Part shown: piece after piece, positions 1 through 10,616 of the stretch
Position numbering within the stretch: the first letter of the stretch is position 1
Layout of the letters: every line of letters starts with the position of its first letter
Virus record (IMG/VR): IMGVR_UViG_3300031841_003004
Location: 1-53,364 of that record
Length of the DNA stretch: 53,364 bases
Reading direction: 5' to 3' (one strand)
Source: a virus
Taxonomy: Duplodnaviria > Caudoviricetes
The notes under the pieces: model-generated
The model's input: the letters and a program-made list of their open reading frames with translations, nothing else
What the model was told of the DNA's origin: nothing
Databases searched by the model: none
Translations under genes and position numbers: made by a program

Positions 1-3000
1 GCCCCAGATATCAATCCCTCCTTGAGGAGTAGCACGGCAGTCTGTGAAACCATACTACCCACAACAAGCTTACCGAAGTTCTGAGCCGCCTCACGAGCGT
101 CCTTGTTCTTCAGGTTGTTCATGATCCTAGGTCCAGCAACGTAGGGGGACACGTATGTCAGAGTGTCCAAGAGGATGTTCGCTGGAGTCCGAACGTAAGG
201 CAGGTTCGACCTGATAAGGAACTTAGCCATCGCCTGTCCGTCTGCCCCAGGAATCCAATCGAACGCCTTGGTAAACATGCGCTCGAAGAACGCAACTGCA
301 TCCTCAGCGGCTTGTGACGCTCCAGTCTGCTCTTGGTACGTAAGCTTCCTGCCCTCCATCTCAGCGGCAGCCCTCTCTTTCTTGGTGGGGTGCTTGATGA
401 ATTGAGCCAAGGCTTCACCTTCGAGGCCCTGAGCGCGACCAGCTTGGTAGAGCTCGATACCCTCGACATACCTTCTAAACGGAACGTCACCGAGGGACAG
501 GAACCTAAACATGACCTCTGCGGGGATGCCCAGGGTTCCCTGCACGGCAAGCTTCATTCTCTGGCTCAAAGGCGCTTTCCCGTCTGGTCCCATGGGCAGG
601 TCTCCCTTACCGACAGCAGCCATCAAGGACCTGAACGGAGCAAACCCTCTGTGTACCCTCCACTCAGAGACGTCCTTCTCCTGACCAGTAATGATTCCGT
701 CCAGCGCCTCGACAAATCCAGCTCCAAACTTTCTGATCCCGTACATGTAAGCGTTGATCGAGTAGGTCCTTTTCATGGGGGACTCGATGCCAAACATGTT
801 TATCATGCGCTCCACTGGAAGGGCTATGGCATCCACGGCAACCTTGCCAAGGGCATTGATCATGTTGGCGCCAACGTTGGTCACCTGAGACATCGGGGTA
901 AGGAGATTACCTTGGATAAGCATCGTTCCGATCTGACCCCAGCCCCTTTCAATAACGCCGTTCGCAAACGTGTCGAGCTCCCTCTCAGCGGCCTTGACTT
1001 CATCCGTCTTCGCCTTCAAAGCGGCGTCAACCTCTTCACCTGCAATGGCTCTTCTGACCAGGTCTTCATGCTCAGCCTGAAGGCGGAACAGATTACCAGC
1101 CATGTCCTGAAGCCTAGCGGTTTGAGATTCGCTTAGGGTGTTACCCCTTCTTTCTACCTCCCCTTTTATAATCTGTTCTATCCCTTTCGGGGATGCGGAC
1201 TTCAGCTCTCTAAAGTGTCTGAGGATCCGTCCAGCAGTAGTTCCTATTGCGGCTGCTTCTGCAATGATCGATGGGATGGCATCGAGGTCACCCCTTGACA
1301 CAGCTCTGGATATAAGCTCTCCCGCAGCAAGAACTCCAAGATCGTCGTTTCTATCCTGAAGACGAGACAAGCCCTCCTGACTCATAATAGCCACCAAGTC
1401 TTGGTCGCTCTTATCCTTCAGCATACCCTTGGCCTCCTTTATGGACTGAGGGGTAAAGTAATTATTTGGGTTGTCCAGGATCTGCCTTCTTATATCTCCT
1501 CCGTATTGCCTAGCTCCTCTTCCAGCCGTCTTTCTCAACTTGAGGAGGCCGCTTGCCATCCTTTGTGCTTCCTCCATGTTGGCGGCTACCTCGCTCTCAC
1601 TCATAGCGACCTTGGATTCTATGGGCATGTTGTCGTATGCAAGCTCCAGGTCTGCCTCGGAATCGAACTCCACCCCGTTTCTTTCTGAGAAGGCCTTAAA
1701 TCTCTTCAGTGCTTTGTCGTATTTAGGGGACCTCTTAATTCTGTCTTCCAGCTCTTTAGGGGTTTCTTTTCTGCCTCTCTTGAGAATGGGGTCATTGTAA
1801 TCGAAGTACTCGATGTCCCCCCTCAGATAAACGGTGTTCCCGATCACGGTAGCCTCTTCAGCAGACTTGATGGGCCTTCCAGATGCGTCTACGAAAACGT
1901 TGTGCTTGAAGGGGTTAAAGAATGCCTTAACTCCATCGAAGTTCATCTGATCCAGCTGATCAGTAAGGAATTCACCATTCACACTTGCCATGGGGAATTT
2001 GTTTTCCTGGAAGGTGACGATCTTTCTCCTTGCGTTCTGATTAACGAAGAGCTCAGGGTTCTTCACCATGACGGCAGGGGAGTACCTAAGCGCCTCTCCC
2101 GAAGCAGTCTTGTCGTGCATCGTTTGAACAGGGACCCCTGTGTTCTTCATGACGTTAAGGTTGAGCCTAATGCCAACCTTCTGACCCTGCTTAACCTCAG
2201 AGTTCTTTTCCATTATTCTTCTGGACGTAGCGTCAGTAGAAAGGGCCTCGTCTGTAAGCTTGTTGGTGATCCTTCTACCGTCTCTCATCATGGTCGCCTC
2301 TTCTGCCTTTCTGCTTCTGTAAAGCGGAGAGTCAGCGGCGTTCTGATTGTTTTCTGAGGGGAACATAAGCATGGTGGATGCTCTTCTCTCGTTTTCAACC
2401 TGAGGTATGGCATCAGAGTACGTTACGTAAGGCCTTGGCGGCTTGCTTTCTCCAGACCTGTCGAACATGCCGAAGTCAAACACCTGCCTGTCTGCAAATA
2501 TCAGCTGACCAACTTGTGCTGGGGAGTAGTTTTTCTCAAAGGTCTCGTTTATGTACTGGGTAACCTCATTCACCAAATCAACCGAAGCCCTTTTTACTAT
2601 GGGGCTTTCCGATACGTGTGGGTTGAGAACCTTGTCTATAGCCCTGTCTATAGACCTAGCAGTATCAGTATCACCCTCCAGTTCAAGCTGATCAGCTGTT
2701 TTTACAGCCCAGTCAATCTCATCCCTGATGATTTCACTAGCGTTTTTTATAATGAGGTTGTCTCTCTCCGTTCTCTCTTCTGGGTACCTCCTGAGTGCGT
2801 GCTCAGCTTTTTCAAGAACGGAGGCCTCTAGGTCAGTAAAGTCCTTAAACACTTTAGATGCTCCAAAAGTGTCGCTGTCAGACAGATACTCTCTTAGCTC
2901 CCTAAGCTTTCTAATTCCGTAAAGAGCCACGACTGGGGCATCATACCACAACCCATTTATAAGGGCAGTAGTGTTCAATACGTGGGTGTCTATTGTTACG

Positions 3001-6000
3001 ATATCAGACATCCTCTGGCCCTCATTGTTGACCATGTCCTTGTAATTAGCGGAGTTCAGGTTCATGGCCCAGGCACCAATCTTATTTCCAAAAACAACCT
3101 GAGACATTACCCTCCCTCTGAACTTAACGTTCGGACCATCGAAAGGCGTCATAAGAAACTTCATTAGGTCTTTCCACCTAACATCTTGGTTTCCATAGAA
3201 GTTATCCCTAGCTCCAGTTGCCCTCTTTATTCCGTCCTTTACTATGGGGGACATGTTCTCATACCCATCCATGTTTCCGTTAACCAGATCCATGAGCTTT
3301 CTTAGGCTCACTCTAATCTGTCTCTTTGTCATTCCCTCCAGACCTGGGGCCCCTTCGCTGGCCTTTGTAGCCATCTTTATGAAGGACTCAGTGACTCCAA
3401 GGGGGTTGTCAACCTTGTACTTTTCCGACTCTTGAAGCATCCAGAAGGCGGCTTTAATGTTCGGGACAGCGCTGTTCTTGGCTGACGTAAGGGCCGCAAA
3501 GATGTTAAGTTTCGCTACGTTATCCTGAAGCGAACCAGTGATGACGCCGCTGTCGATCATCGACTGAACCTTAGGCCTCGACTCTGTCTCCCAATCGCTG
3601 AAGAAGTCAAGCGGGTTTCTGCCGCCGAAAGTCTCTGCCATTAGCTTTTCGTCAGCTATGTACTTGCCCATAAGGGACTTAAAGTGCGCCCTCCTGGATT
3701 CCTTGTCTGGGAATCGCTCCATGAGGTGCTTAAACATAACCTGATAAGCTACCACCCTGTTGTTCGGTTTGAACCCAGTAGCCTTACCAATCTCCTCCCT
3801 TATAAACTCAAGGTCAATAGGTGACGTACCGTTTTCTATGGCATCTTTGGAGATCAGTTGAGACGCCCTTACATCAGGGTTAGATCCATACCTAAACTCT
3901 TTGCCCAGGTCTTTGGCCTCCCTATCTATAATGGACGAAACGTACTTGGAGAAGGCCTTCAGCTTCTCGACCTCGTTTTTGTACCGAGGAGAATCAGTCT
4001 GATTTCGCCCTTCCATGACTTGAATCTTGGTGGACATGCCTCTCACCTTTCTGCGAATGGTAGAAAGAACAGCCTTACCAAGGATACCTTGAGAGACAGC
4101 AGCCGAAGACATTGCGTTAATGTCTTTTGCAATACCCATCGGGGTATTTATCTGAGTGCTTCGCCTCTTAGACTTATAGTCTTTTATTCTGTCTACGTCG
4201 ATTGTGGTTCCGTCCTCCGTTTCAAAGCCAAAGTAGTGCTGATCAGCACCCATATTGGTTGCCTTTTTCCACCAGTTTACGAAGTGCCATACGTCATTAA
4301 AGGTCTTGGTTATGGTCTCGCTACCTATGTCTTTCTTGAATCCGATGTCATACTTGTAGAACGTTTCCTCCATCCTTACGACAACCTTTCCGTCTTTGTT
4401 GACTGGAATCCTGGTGGGAGACACCATCTTGGACGCCCTGCTATTGCTTTGTGCTCTAGTTCCTTGAGTTCTAGAAGAAACAGAGGCCTTACCGTTCTTG
4501 GCAGCAGCAAACTTTCCAGCGATAGCAATGAGCGAATCTGTGTCTTTGATCGAGAACTCCTTACCTATTGCTCCGTAAGCAGCAGCAATCATCTTGTTGA
4601 TTGCGACACGGATCTTATCGACAGTCTTTAGGTTTACGCTGGAGGGGTCAGCAGCGAGAGCAGACAAGAATTCATGAACCTCCTCTTCAAAAAGCACAGC
4701 CTCAGAGACACCCTCGCTTCTGTAACTCTCAACCTTGGCGTCAATCCTCGCGAGAAGATCGGGGTCGTTGCTCAAGGCCTTTCTAATCTCTGATCTTATG
4801 CTGGCCGCCTTCTTGGGGTTTACGCTGTAGATGTGGGCCATCGGAAGAGCGGCATGAAGCACCTCTTCCATCACGGTTTCAGAGAACGTCTTCGTGCGAT
4901 TCAGAACCTCCGATTCAATGGCCGCGTTGTCTCTTATCTGAGATGGGTTTATGTGAATGGTGTTTGTGGTGGGGTCATACAGCCCGCCCCAGTTTCCGCT
5001 ATCAAACTCCATAGCGGTTTCTGAATCTGGGTAGACGTACATCTTGACTCCCAGATTGTCCAGCATTTTCTGCAAAGAATTAAGGGTCTTTGCTTCTGAA
5101 GACGTTATTCCAGCGACATCGGATCTCCAAGCAGGGTTCCCGTCTTTAGCCCTGGGCGTGCTCACGGCCTTCTCAGGAACCTTTCCAGTATCCACAGATC
5201 TGTTTTCAGTCGTCTCCTTGACTTCTGGCCTGGCATCTTTTACGGCTTCGTCTATGTCAGCGAACTCCGACTCAGTGCTCTTGGGTTCTTTCTCAACCTT
5301 TGACGCCTCCTCCTGAGCCATGTTCATGGCCTCGTCGTAAGACTCAACACGCTTGCCGTCACCGATCTTCCCCTCACCAAGGGTAAAGAATACGACATCG
5401 GGTTTACCCTTGAGGGGAGAGTTGTCTGCATCCCATCCTTCTGGAGCAAACTCAGGATTAAAGTCAACCCTAGCCACGGGCTTAAAGCCAGCGTCCACAT
5501 ATATCTCCTCAAGCTTCGTGGCGTATGCATCCATATACTTGCCGCCCTTCTCTTTAGATAGCTCAAGCATCGCTCCAGCAGCGCCCTTCATGGGGGAGTT
5601 AGGAGACTTGAAAAGACCTCCTATATACCCATCAGAAGTAACGTAACCTCCAGCCATTCCATCCTTAGACAGGAACAAGCTTCCTCCGTCGTTCAGGATC
5701 CTCTGTGCCTCTTCGAGAGACACGGGAGAAACCTGCAAGAACAGATTAGAACCCTTCTCCTCATCTGCTTTTCTTGCAAGCTCCATAGCGCTTACATAGG
5801 CATCTGCTGGAGCCTCTATAAAGTCGTTCACGCTAACCGAGCTAACCTCCGAATTGGACGTCTCTTCCGTAACATCAAGCTTACCGATAGACATATCAAG
5901 GGCTTGACGGGCCTCCTTCATCTTCTCTTCAGCAGCCCTAAATGCTGTTTGATCCTCTCCTCCTAAGTCCTCAAGGGCCGCCTCGTACTCAGCTTTAGCT

Positions 6001-8207
6001 TGATTGTAGTCTTCTATGATTCCCCCTATGTCGTTCTTCTCTTCTTTAAGGGCATCCAGTTCACTCATCGCAGACCTGAGTTCTTCCATGTCTGGCTCTC
6101 CACGAAGCGCAGAATCGTGCAGGTCGTCTATCTTGGATTCAACCTCCTCTATCCTAGCGTCGATAGCAGACACCTTTTCCTCCACATCATTGTAGCTGGA
6201 CTCTGCTTTTTGCTTTTCGTTCAGCTGAACGTTCTTCTCGGCCAGAGATCTTTCAATACCAACCCTAGTAGCTACAGCATCGGCGAGACCTTTTTTCATG
6301 TCCTCCCTAAGATCCTCTGGAAGGTTCTCGTCCATCAGCATCCTTTCCGTGTTCACGATACTGATGTCCAAAGACTGAATTCTTTTGGCGAGGTCTGGGT
6401 CACTAACAACAAGGTCCCTGTAGAAGTTGACTCTCTCTTTAAGCGTTGATTCAGCCTCCGCCTCAAGCTGTTTTGCGTTAGCAAGCATAGAGGCCTTCTC
6501 CTCTTTGTTGAACACTTCTTTAGCAAAAGACCTTATTCTTTTAGCCCTATCGAGCATCTCGTAGGCCGCGTTAGACTGAGAGTCGTATCTCGATCTACCA
6601 AGCGCTCTGGCTCTTTGACCACTAGACTGTTGGTCTATATCAAGTTCGAACACCCCTGTTCCGCTATATCTTGCGGAGACGTGATCTATGGCGGCATCAA
6701 TCGCAGCTTGAGCAGCCGTAACGTTTCCGTCTGCCATCGCCTCGTTATATTTCTTAAAGGCGTGATTTGCGGCCCTATCTATGCCTATTCCGAACAGCTG
6801 CTTTCCTTGCGACTGAGCCCTGGTCTGAAGATCTTGTTTTAGCAAGTCCACAGTCGGGGCTTGCTCTTTTCTTATTCTTCGAATGTGTTCTTGCAGGTCT
6901 TTGTCTCGCTTGACTTTTATCTGCTTTTCGTCGACCATGTGGCCGCTTTCTACAAACTCAAGAACGTCCTGAGGCTTAACCCGCTCTCCATTCACCTCGT
7001 AAGTAGCTGTGGTACCCGCTGCAAGACTAATGCCGCCCATCGGAGCCTCCATCAATCCCTCAAGGGTTACCTCGTCCCAGTCTACGTCACCAGTACTTAC
7101 TAGCTGAGCGGCAAGCTCACCGAAGGACGCACCAGTAGTCTCAACTCCAGTGGTAACTGCGCCTCTCGTAAAGAGGGATCGACCAACCAGACCTGCTGAA
7201 GACTTGCTCGCAAGACCCATAGTTATCGCGTCAGCGACACCTATAGCCACGCCTCTGGAGCCAGCCTCCCATTGCATTCTTTTTCTAACCTCTTCGTTCT
7301 CAAATATTTGAGCTACGTTTTCTGCAGTAGGCTCTTTGTCCCCAAGTTCCTCTTTCACTATTTGCATAATCGTCGCCTCGGCGTCGATCATACCCGACAG
7401 GCCCCCGACGAAACCCCTAGAGAATCCGCCCGCAAAACCAATTCCAGCACCAGCAGCACCACCCACGGCAGCACCTGGACCAGTAGGAGCGGTAACAGCC
7501 GCGCCAGTTCCACCACCTATAGCCGCGAAAGTAGCCCCCGTCGCGAGGCCCGTGCTGCCAGCAACAGCAAGGGTTGTGGCTTCAGTGCCGCCACCTGCCA
7601 TGAGTCCAAGAGAGTGAAAGATAAGTTCAGCGGTCGCGTCAAGGTTCTCTCCCCTAGCAAGCATCCTGTCCCAGTATCCTCCCCCTTCTTCTTCTATCCT
7701 TCTGAGCTCGTTTTCGAGATTAAGGGCTTCGTCGGAAAGCCCCCTGCCCTGAGTCCTTCTTATGGTGTCCGCAACCTTCTGGTAGTCGTCAAGGTCTCCA
7801 AAACCCATTCCAGCAGCAAAGGCTTCTCCTCCAGCAGAGCCCTCATAATAACCGCCAACGAAAGCCCTTGACTGGTCGCCAATAAAGTCCGTAAACCAAC
7901 CAAGGCCAGGTATATCTCTTGTTGCGTCTTCGACGTATTGCCAAATTCCAGAATCCATTTCTTGAGACTCTGGCTCTCCCTCAGGCTCTGGTAGCTCAAG
8001 GGCTTGACGGGGGTCCACAGAAGCAATCTTGTACGTTGGTCTGGGTTGAACCACATCGTCTCCCCCTACTTGGCTTCCAACAAGGCTCCTTGCCTCAGAT
8101 GGATCCATGTTGTAGTTAGGGGAGTTTACGAGAGTGTTTACGATATACTGGTCAGACCTACCCTGTGCTCTGAGAACTGAAATGATCTTCTGAGGGTCTC
8201 CGTTCAT
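1..8207 (-). CDS. Giant polyvalent / ejected internal virion protein (>2735 aa, C-terminus beyond the left window edge)
   Basis: ATG at 8207 (MNGDPQKIISVLRAQG...) follows a TATATTTG box. The frame is open at every position checked (1-60, ~2980-3100, ~4850-4870, ~5580-5645), and the ORF track lists no stop-terminated ORF in it. Contains a Gly/Ala hydrophobic stretch, a GNAT-like segment and a zincin-like EEVLH segment. Confidence 0.85.
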   Translation of the reverse strand, partial: MNGDPQKIISVLRAQGRSDQYIVNTLVNSPNYNMDPSEARSLVGSQVGGDDVVQPRPTYKIASVDPRQALELPEPEGEPESQEMDSGIWQYVEDATRDIPGLGWFTDFIGDQSRAFVGGYYEGSAGGEAFAAGMGFGDLDDYQKVADTIRRTQGRGLSDEALNLENELRRIEEEGGGYWDRMLARGENLDATAELIFHSLGLMAGGGTEATTLAVAGSTGLATGATFAAIGGGTGAAVTAPTGPGAAVGGAAGAGIGFAGGFSRGFVGGLSGMIDAEATIMQIVKEELGDKEPTAENVAQIFENEEVRKRMQWEAGSRGVAIGVADAITMGLASKSSAGLVGRSLFTRGAVTTGVETTGASFGELAAQLVSTGDVDWDEVTLEGLMEAPMGGISLAAGTTATYEVNGERVKPQDVLEFVESGHMVDEKQIKVKRDKDLQEHIRRIRKEQAPTVDLLKQDLQTRAQSQGKQLFGIGIDRAANHAFKKYNEAMADGNVTAAQAAIDAAIDHVSARYSGTGVFELDIDQQSSGQRARALGRSRYDSQSNAAYEMLDRAKRIRSFAKEVFNKEEKASMLANAKQLEAEAESTLKERVNFYRDLVVSDPDLAKRIQSLDISIVNTERMLMDENLPEDLREDMKKGLADAVATRVGIERSLAEKNVQLNEKQKAESSYNDVEEKVSAIDARIEEVESKIDDLHDSALRGEPDMEELRSAMSELDALKEEKNDIGGIIEDYNQAKAEYEAALEDLGGEDQTAFRAAEEKMKEARQALDMSIGKLDVTEETSNSEVSSVSVNDFIEAPADAYVSAMELARKADEEKGSNLFLQVSPVSLEEAQRILNDGGSLFLSKDGMAGGYVTSDGYIGGLFKSPNSPMKGAAGAMLELSKEKGGKYMDAYATKLEEIYVDAGFKPVARVDFNPEFAPEGWDADNSPLKGKPDVVFFTLGEGKIGDGKRVESYDEAMNMAQEEASKVEKEPKSTESEFADIDEAVKDARPEVKETTENRSVDTGKVPEKAVSTPRAKDGNPAWRSDVAGITSSEAKTLNSLQKMLDNLGVKMYVYPDSETAMEFDSGNWGGLYDPTTNTIHINPSQIRDNAAIESEVLNRTKTFSETVMEEVLHAALPMAHIYSVNPKKAASIRSEIRKALSNDPDLLARIDAKVESYRSEGVSEAVLFEEEVHEFLSALAADPSSVNLKTVDKIRVAINKMIAAAYGAIGKEFSIKDTDSLIAIAGKFAAAKNGKASVSSRTQGTRAQSNSRASKMVSPTRIPVNKDGKVVVRMEETFYKYDIGFKKDIGSETITKTFNDVWHFVNWWKKATNMGADQHYFGFETEDGTTIDVDRIKDYKSKRRSTQINTPMGIAKDINAMSSAAVSQGILGKAVLSTIRRKVRGMSTKIQVMEGRNQTDSPRYKNEVEKLKAFSKYVSSIIDREAKDLGKEFRYGSNPDVRASQLISKDAIENGTSPIDLEFIREEIGKATGFKPNNRVVAYQVMFKHLMERFPDKESRRAHFKSLMGKYIADEKLMAETFGGRNPLDFFSDWETESRPKVQSMIDSGVITGSLQDNVAKLNIFAALTSAKNSAVPNIKAAFWMLQESEKYKVDNPLGVTESFIKMATKASEGAPGLEGMTKRQIRVSLRKLMDLVNGNMDGYENMSPIVKDGIKRATGARDNFYGNQDVRWKDLMKFLMTPFDGPNVKFRGRVMSQVVFGNKIGAWAMNLNSANYKDMVNNEGQRMSDIVTIDTHVLNTTALINGLWYDAPVVALYGIRKLRELREYLSDSDTFGASKVFKDFTDLEASVLEKAEHALRRYPEERTERDNLIIKNASEIIRDEIDWAVKTADQLELEGDTDTARSIDRAIDKVLNPHVSESPIVKRASVDLVNEVTQYINETFEKNYSPAQVGQLIFADRQVFDFGMFDRSGESKPPRPYVTYSDAIPQVENERRASTMLMFPSENNQNAADSPLYRSRKAEEATMMRDGRRITNKLTDEALSTDATSRRIMEKNSEVKQGQKVGIRLNLNVMKNTGVPVQTMHDKTASGEALRYSPAVMVKNPELFVNQNARRKIVTFQENKFPMASVNGEFLTDQLDQMNFDGVKAFFNPFKHNVFVDASGRPIKSAEEATVIGNTVYLRGDIEYFDYNDPILKRGRKETPKELEDRIKRSPKYDKALKRFKAFSERNGVEFDSEADLELAYDNMPIESKVAMSESEVAANMEEAQRMASGLLKLRKTAGRGARQYGGDIRRQILDNPNNYFTPQSIKEAKGMLKDKSDQDLVAIMSQEGLSRLQDRNDDLGVLAAGELISRAVSRGDLDAIPSIIAEAAAIGTTAGRILRHFRELKSASPKGIEQIIKGEVERRGNTLSESQTARLQDMAGNLFRLQAEHEDLVRRAIAGEEVDAALKAKTDEVKAAERELDTFANGVIERGWGQIGTMLIQGNLLTPMSQVTNVGANMINALGKVAVDAIALPVERMINMFGIESPMKRTYSINAYMYGIRKFGAGFVEALDGIITGQEKDVSEWRVHRGFAPFRSLMAAVGKGDLPMGPDGKAPLSQRMKLAVQGTLGIPAEVMFRFLSLGDVPFRRYVEGIELYQAGRAQGLEGEALAQFIKHPTKKERAAAEMEGRKLTYQEQTGASQAAEDAVAFFERMFTKAFDWIPGADGQAMAKFLIRSNLPYVRTPANILLDTLTYVSPYVAGPRIMNNLKNKDAREAAQNFGKLVVGSMVSQTAVLLLKEGLISG

Positions 8208-8252
8208 ACTGCTGGACTTTACCAGCAAATATAAGTATTAAAGACCTTTAGG

Positions 8253-9725
8253 TCACCTGCCAAAGAAGCGCCTCATTATCTTACCACCGAAAGCAAATGT
8301 GCCTTCAGGGAAGGTGCGATTGGGTAATCCCGCTGAAGGATCAGACACCTCAGTGTTTTCTGATTCGGGCTCAACACTCTCAGACTCAAACGTTTCGTCA
8401 AAGTTGTGGTCGAACAGCCACTGATCTCGATCAACGAGATCGTCTACATGCTCGTGAGCTTTAGCTTTAAGCTGTTTTACTAGTCGATTAAAGGATCTTT
8501 TACCATATTTATCATCGAACTGCTCCTTTAAGGACTTGTATGCCTTAGGCGTCTCCTCCTCATCTACGAGTATCTCTTCTCCAGTAGAATCAATTACGTG
8601 CAACCCAACCCCCCTTATGTACTTTAGTCCATGAATATTAAAAGCCCTTGTATTTCCTTCTCCGAAATCAAACCGATCTTCCCACAGAGCAGCATTTATT
8701 CTTTTTGGTTGAAGTTCCGCTGCCGCCTCGTCAGTATCTCGAAGTAGTTCGGTGTCTGTTTCGTTAGGATAATACCCAGCGCCCTCACTAGAAGTAAGAA
8801 TGACTCTGTCGTCGGGGACTCTTAGGGTTTCTTCTCCGCTAGAACTAGATCTAGAGGTGGAGGGCCTTTCTTCAGGTTTCCACTCCCCAACTGCTTCCCT
8901 TGCGTAGGCCTCTATAGCATCATTTCTAGCGCCCATCGACTCCCCCCTCTTGTTTTCGTTCATAACCTCCTCTGCGGTAACCCCTTCATCCCAAACGTCC
9001 CCTTGCTGTTCAGCCCATCTCAGAGCATCTCTAGTAAACTTGCTGTTCTCAGAGATCACAGACTCGACCCACTTAACAGCCTCTTCATTAGAGGAGTACC
9101 TTCTGTGGTCGTGATTCTTTGACCACCACTTTTCGGGGGATACCATGGGGGTATCTACAAGGTAGTTGTTCGGATCCCAAAACGTTAGATCGAACAAATC
9201 TCTGTCGTTATATGCGTGATCACCCTCATCGTCGGTAATCACCCATTCCCCGTTCTTTACAGTGACCGTTGCCCTGGCGGTATCGACACCAGCCATCCAC
9301 TCTCTGTAGTCTTGCTCTGTCCTGCTGTCCATCCGACCAGATTCTTCCCACTCCTTTGGGTTGATCCCAGACTGGGCAATACTCATGTTTCTTTTAAGAA
9401 GAGGATTTGTTTCAGAGGTGTATTTTTTACTCTCCTCAGCGAATGCCATCGCTTGATCAAGAAGCTTTTGATACTGAAGCCTACCCTCTTCGGTCTTTAG
9501 AAGCTCGTCCTTGTTGTCTTTCAGCCACGTAGCCATTTGATTATAGGAGTCCCCATAATACATGAACATGTCGTTCGGGCCTAATTCTGGCAAGCCCTTT
9601 ACATTATCCGACGCCTTCTTCAGAGCTTCGTCTGCGACAAGCTTTGCCTCAAGCTGTTTGTTCAGCTCTCCGAGGTAATCTGTTTTTTCTGGCTTGCCGC
9701 CAAGATCTACGGCTCCATATATCAT
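8253..9725 (-). CDS. Putative internal virion / ejection protein
   Basis: 490-aa acidic, helical ORF between the tail stabilization gene and the giant protein. Ends in FAFGGKIMRR. Confidence 0.55.
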   Translation of the reverse strand: MIYGAVDLGGKPEKTDYLGELNKQLEAKLVADEALKKASDNVKGLPELGPNDMFMYYGDSYNQMATWLKDNKDELLKTEEGRLQYQKLLDQAMAFAEESKKYTSETNPLLKRNMSIAQSGINPKEWEESGRMDSRTEQDYREWMAGVDTARATVTVKNGEWVITDDEGDHAYNDRDLFDLTFWDPNNYLVDTPMVSPEKWWSKNHDHRRYSSNEEAVKWVESVISENSKFTRDALRWAEQQGDVWDEGVTAEEVMNENKRGESMGARNDAIEAYAREAVGEWKPEERPSTSRSSSSGEETLRVPDDRVILTSSEGAGYYPNETDTELLRDTDEAAAELQPKRINAALWEDRFDFGEGNTRAFNIHGLKYIRGVGLHVIDSTGEEILVDEEETPKAYKSLKEQFDDKYGKRSFNRLVKQLKAKAHEHVDDLVDRDQWLFDHNFDETFESESVEPESENTEVSDPSAGLPNRTFPEGTFAFGGKIMRRFFGR

Positions 9726-10603
9726 CTGGCTTCCTTGTCAAATTTCCTGAACAGCTTGCGGGCGATGTCGCTTTGCCTAGCGATAGCTGCGGCTTGCTCA
9801 GGGTTAAGAACGTACTCACCCCCAGTAAGCTCCCCAATCTTAGACCCCCCTTGCATAACGTCTATCGGGTTTCTTCTGTGCGAGAATACCCCAGGAGTCT
9901 TTTTCACTTTCGTTCCATTTTTTCCAAATCCCTCAAGAGGCTCCAAATAGTCCCCATCATTAGAGCTATCATTCATGTAGTCTCTCATTAAGTCTCCACC
10001 CTCAGTCGCGGTTCCAAACTCCGCTCCTGCTATGTTTCCCCCAGTGGTAACCAGTTGAGACAGGAAGTCCGTACCTGCTTGAGACTTAGCTTGTTGGGCT
10101 TGGAAGCCACCTATAAGACCAGACTTGGCTTGTTGTCTTGCGAGAGTGAGGTCGGCGCTAACATCTCTTCTCCTGGCCCCTCTAAGTCCCTGCTCGATGT
10201 TGCCGTAGGCCTGAAGAGCATTCGTCTTTCTGGTAAACTCCCTCTGTCCAATACCAGCCATGACATCGGCGGCTTGTTGCTGCTGCCTTCCAAGACCCCC
10301 AAGGAGCGCCTTAGCGCCAGCGCCTTTAAGCGCACCAAGAGCTGTAGCGGAGGACCTGTCTGCGGCCCTTCTCTCAAGATCAGCTGTTGGATCCTCCATG
10401 GCGTACTGCATGTACTTACGCATGGTCGGACCCATGCTGTACAGCGACTCTCTTTCGGTAGTGAGCCTGTTTGCGTCGCGTTCTCCGCTGCGCCTAAGCT
10501 CTCCGTAGAGATCCATCTTTTCATCCGCCCTTTTGCGATCGCCCAGGTATTCGATACCAGAACTAACCGCCTTGGCGATCATCATCATAGTAATTGGATC
10601 CAT
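9722..10603 (-). CDS. Putative ejection (pilot) protein
   Basis: MDPIT start, Ala/Gly/Gln-rich helical body and C-terminal GELTGGEYV motif. Lies directly after the stabilization protein. Confidence 0.6.
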   Translation of the reverse strand: MDPITMMMIAKAVSSGIEYLGDRKRADEKMDLYGELRRSGERDANRLTTERESLYSMGPTMRKYMQYAMEDPTADLERRAADRSSATALGALKGAGAKALLGGLGRQQQQAADVMAGIGQREFTRKTNALQAYGNIEQGLRGARRRDVSADLTLARQQAKSGLIGGFQAQQAKSQAGTDFLSQLVTTGGNIAGAEFGTATEGGDLMRDYMNDSSNDGDYLEPLEGFGKNGTKVKKTPGVFSHRRNPIDVMQGGSKIGELTGGEYVLNPEQAAAIARQSDIARKLFRKFDKEAR

Positions 10604-10616
10604 GTTACAAATATAG

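Noticed and set aside
333-8119. Many plus-strand ORFs in the first 8 kb
   Set aside because: All lie antisense to the single giant minus-strand ORF.
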